From NCBI RefSeq assembly GCF_000143415.4, contig NW_003314422.1, positions 166,391 through 230,390 of the forward strand: a DNA stretch of 64,000 nucleotides, read 5' to 3'. Positions within the stretch are counted from its first letter, which is position 1; each line of letters begins with the position of its first letter. Below, piece by piece: positions 63,201-64,000 of this stretch. Below the pieces are notes generated by a model. That model made no database searches, had not been told where the DNA came from, and saw only the letters and a list, made by a program, of their open reading frames with translations. The position numbers and the translations under genes are program-made. Source of the DNA: Selaginella moellendorffii. Lineage: Eukaryota > Plantae > Lycopodiophyta.

Positions 63201-64000
63201 CAAAAGAGCTTTCCAATGAACCCTGCTGTCTCCACATGTTGTCCTAAGAATCCATCAAACTCACGAGACTTTCGCAGCCATATAGGATCCCATTTTTCCT
63301 CAAGTTCAGTAGTCACTGACTCTGTCCGGCCGGTTCCAAGGAAAGTTGGTGAAACGATGAAGGTACCAGCTGTGCTCCCAAACCCGACCTCGGCAAAGGA
63401 GCTGTAGATAGCCATGTTGAGGTCGTAAGCTGAGCGCACCCAATGGCTTTGAACCAATCGGCACAAAGGAACTAGAAATCGATGAGGGCCATTCCACGCC
63501 ATTTCCTGTAACACTTTACTGACTGTCCGTTCTTGAGCTTGGATAATTGTGTCCCGAACACGATCATTCAAGATGGTGTCAGAATCATGCATGCATAATC
63601 CCTCACCACCATTAGCTCCCCCTGCACCACCAGCCTGAGGAGCAGTAGGAGCAGCTACCATGCCCCCAGTAGCCTCTGTAGTAGATCCACCTACAACGCT
63701 ACCAATAACGTCCTCAGCTGGTTCATTGACCTGGCCGCGAGCAGCCTCAGCAACCGAAGGCATAGCACCCCCACCACTGCCAACATCAGATGCAAGTACC
63801 CCACCACCAGTACCCGCAGCCTCAGGAACACCAGTACCAACAGCCTCAATAACACCAACATCGATTTGAGTGTTCATCTCAACATCCACGTCATTGTTAT
63901 ACTCATCGTTGCCTCCAGCATGACTAGCCGAAACTTCATTAGATACTTGAGATGAATCTCCACTCAATCGGCCAAGCCCACAGCGATCAAGGCGGCTGCC
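60258..64000 (-). CDS. Multi-exon ParB-like domain + beta-class N4/N6 DNA methyltransferase-like protein (5' end beyond the window)
   Basis: KLFWVIDGNHRWLAFWKCI (ParB/Srx motif, ~63190). VAILIGD...KIDFIFFDLPDG...ALKVASSFMTYEGVVVMI (motifs III-VI, ~61.0-61.3 kb). LFCPPKGIVLDATAGFGSMVQAAKETGRAVFALEKE (motifs X-I-II, ~60.56-60.67 kb). The frame is open to base 64000; last-exon phase suggests a possible 1-nt indel. Confidence 0.8.

Noticed and set aside
51300-64000. Bacterial contamination explaining the ParB/MTase motifs
   Set aside because: The domains are split by GT-AG spliceosomal introns and are contiguous with plant TEs.

Overview
Plant nuclear DNA. The very short (~50-60 nt) GT-AG introns, dense genes and PLS-E PPR gene point to a lycophyte, probably Selaginella (inference). 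Bases 1-5.8 kb are non-coding with microsatellites. The 5.9-23.6 kb block holds a degraded NB-ARC-LRR gene, an intact plastid-type gidA/mnmG, and a LINE remnant carrying a complete TRIM with a 5S-bearing Cassandra nested inside. After a 100-N gap and a long (TA)n tract come two convergent intronless MACPF + Vps62/beta-tripod genes flanking a gidA pseudogene. The 23.8-42.8 kb block holds ordinary genes (NPF transporter, DAR/RbgA-like GTPase, HMG-box, SPX-MFS, FPF1-like, PPR) plus an unusual secreted B-lectin fusion. The 43-51 kb block is decayed transposable-element (TE) sequence, including a Penelope-like reverse transcriptase (RT). The 51-64 kb block is the most interesting. Two spliced genes each encode a ParB-like domain followed by an N4/N6 DNA-methyltransferase-like domain (one also ends in an FCP1-like HAD domain), next to an En/Spm TnpA-like ORF. 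About 20 copies of a 22-bp palindrome (ATGGCRTGWGGCCWCAYGCCAT) lie in introns, the leader, the intergenic region and the coding sequence of the first gene. This is a candidate ParB/parS-like self-recognition and DNA-marking system on a plant mobile element. All domain calls were made by eye from motifs; no searches were run.
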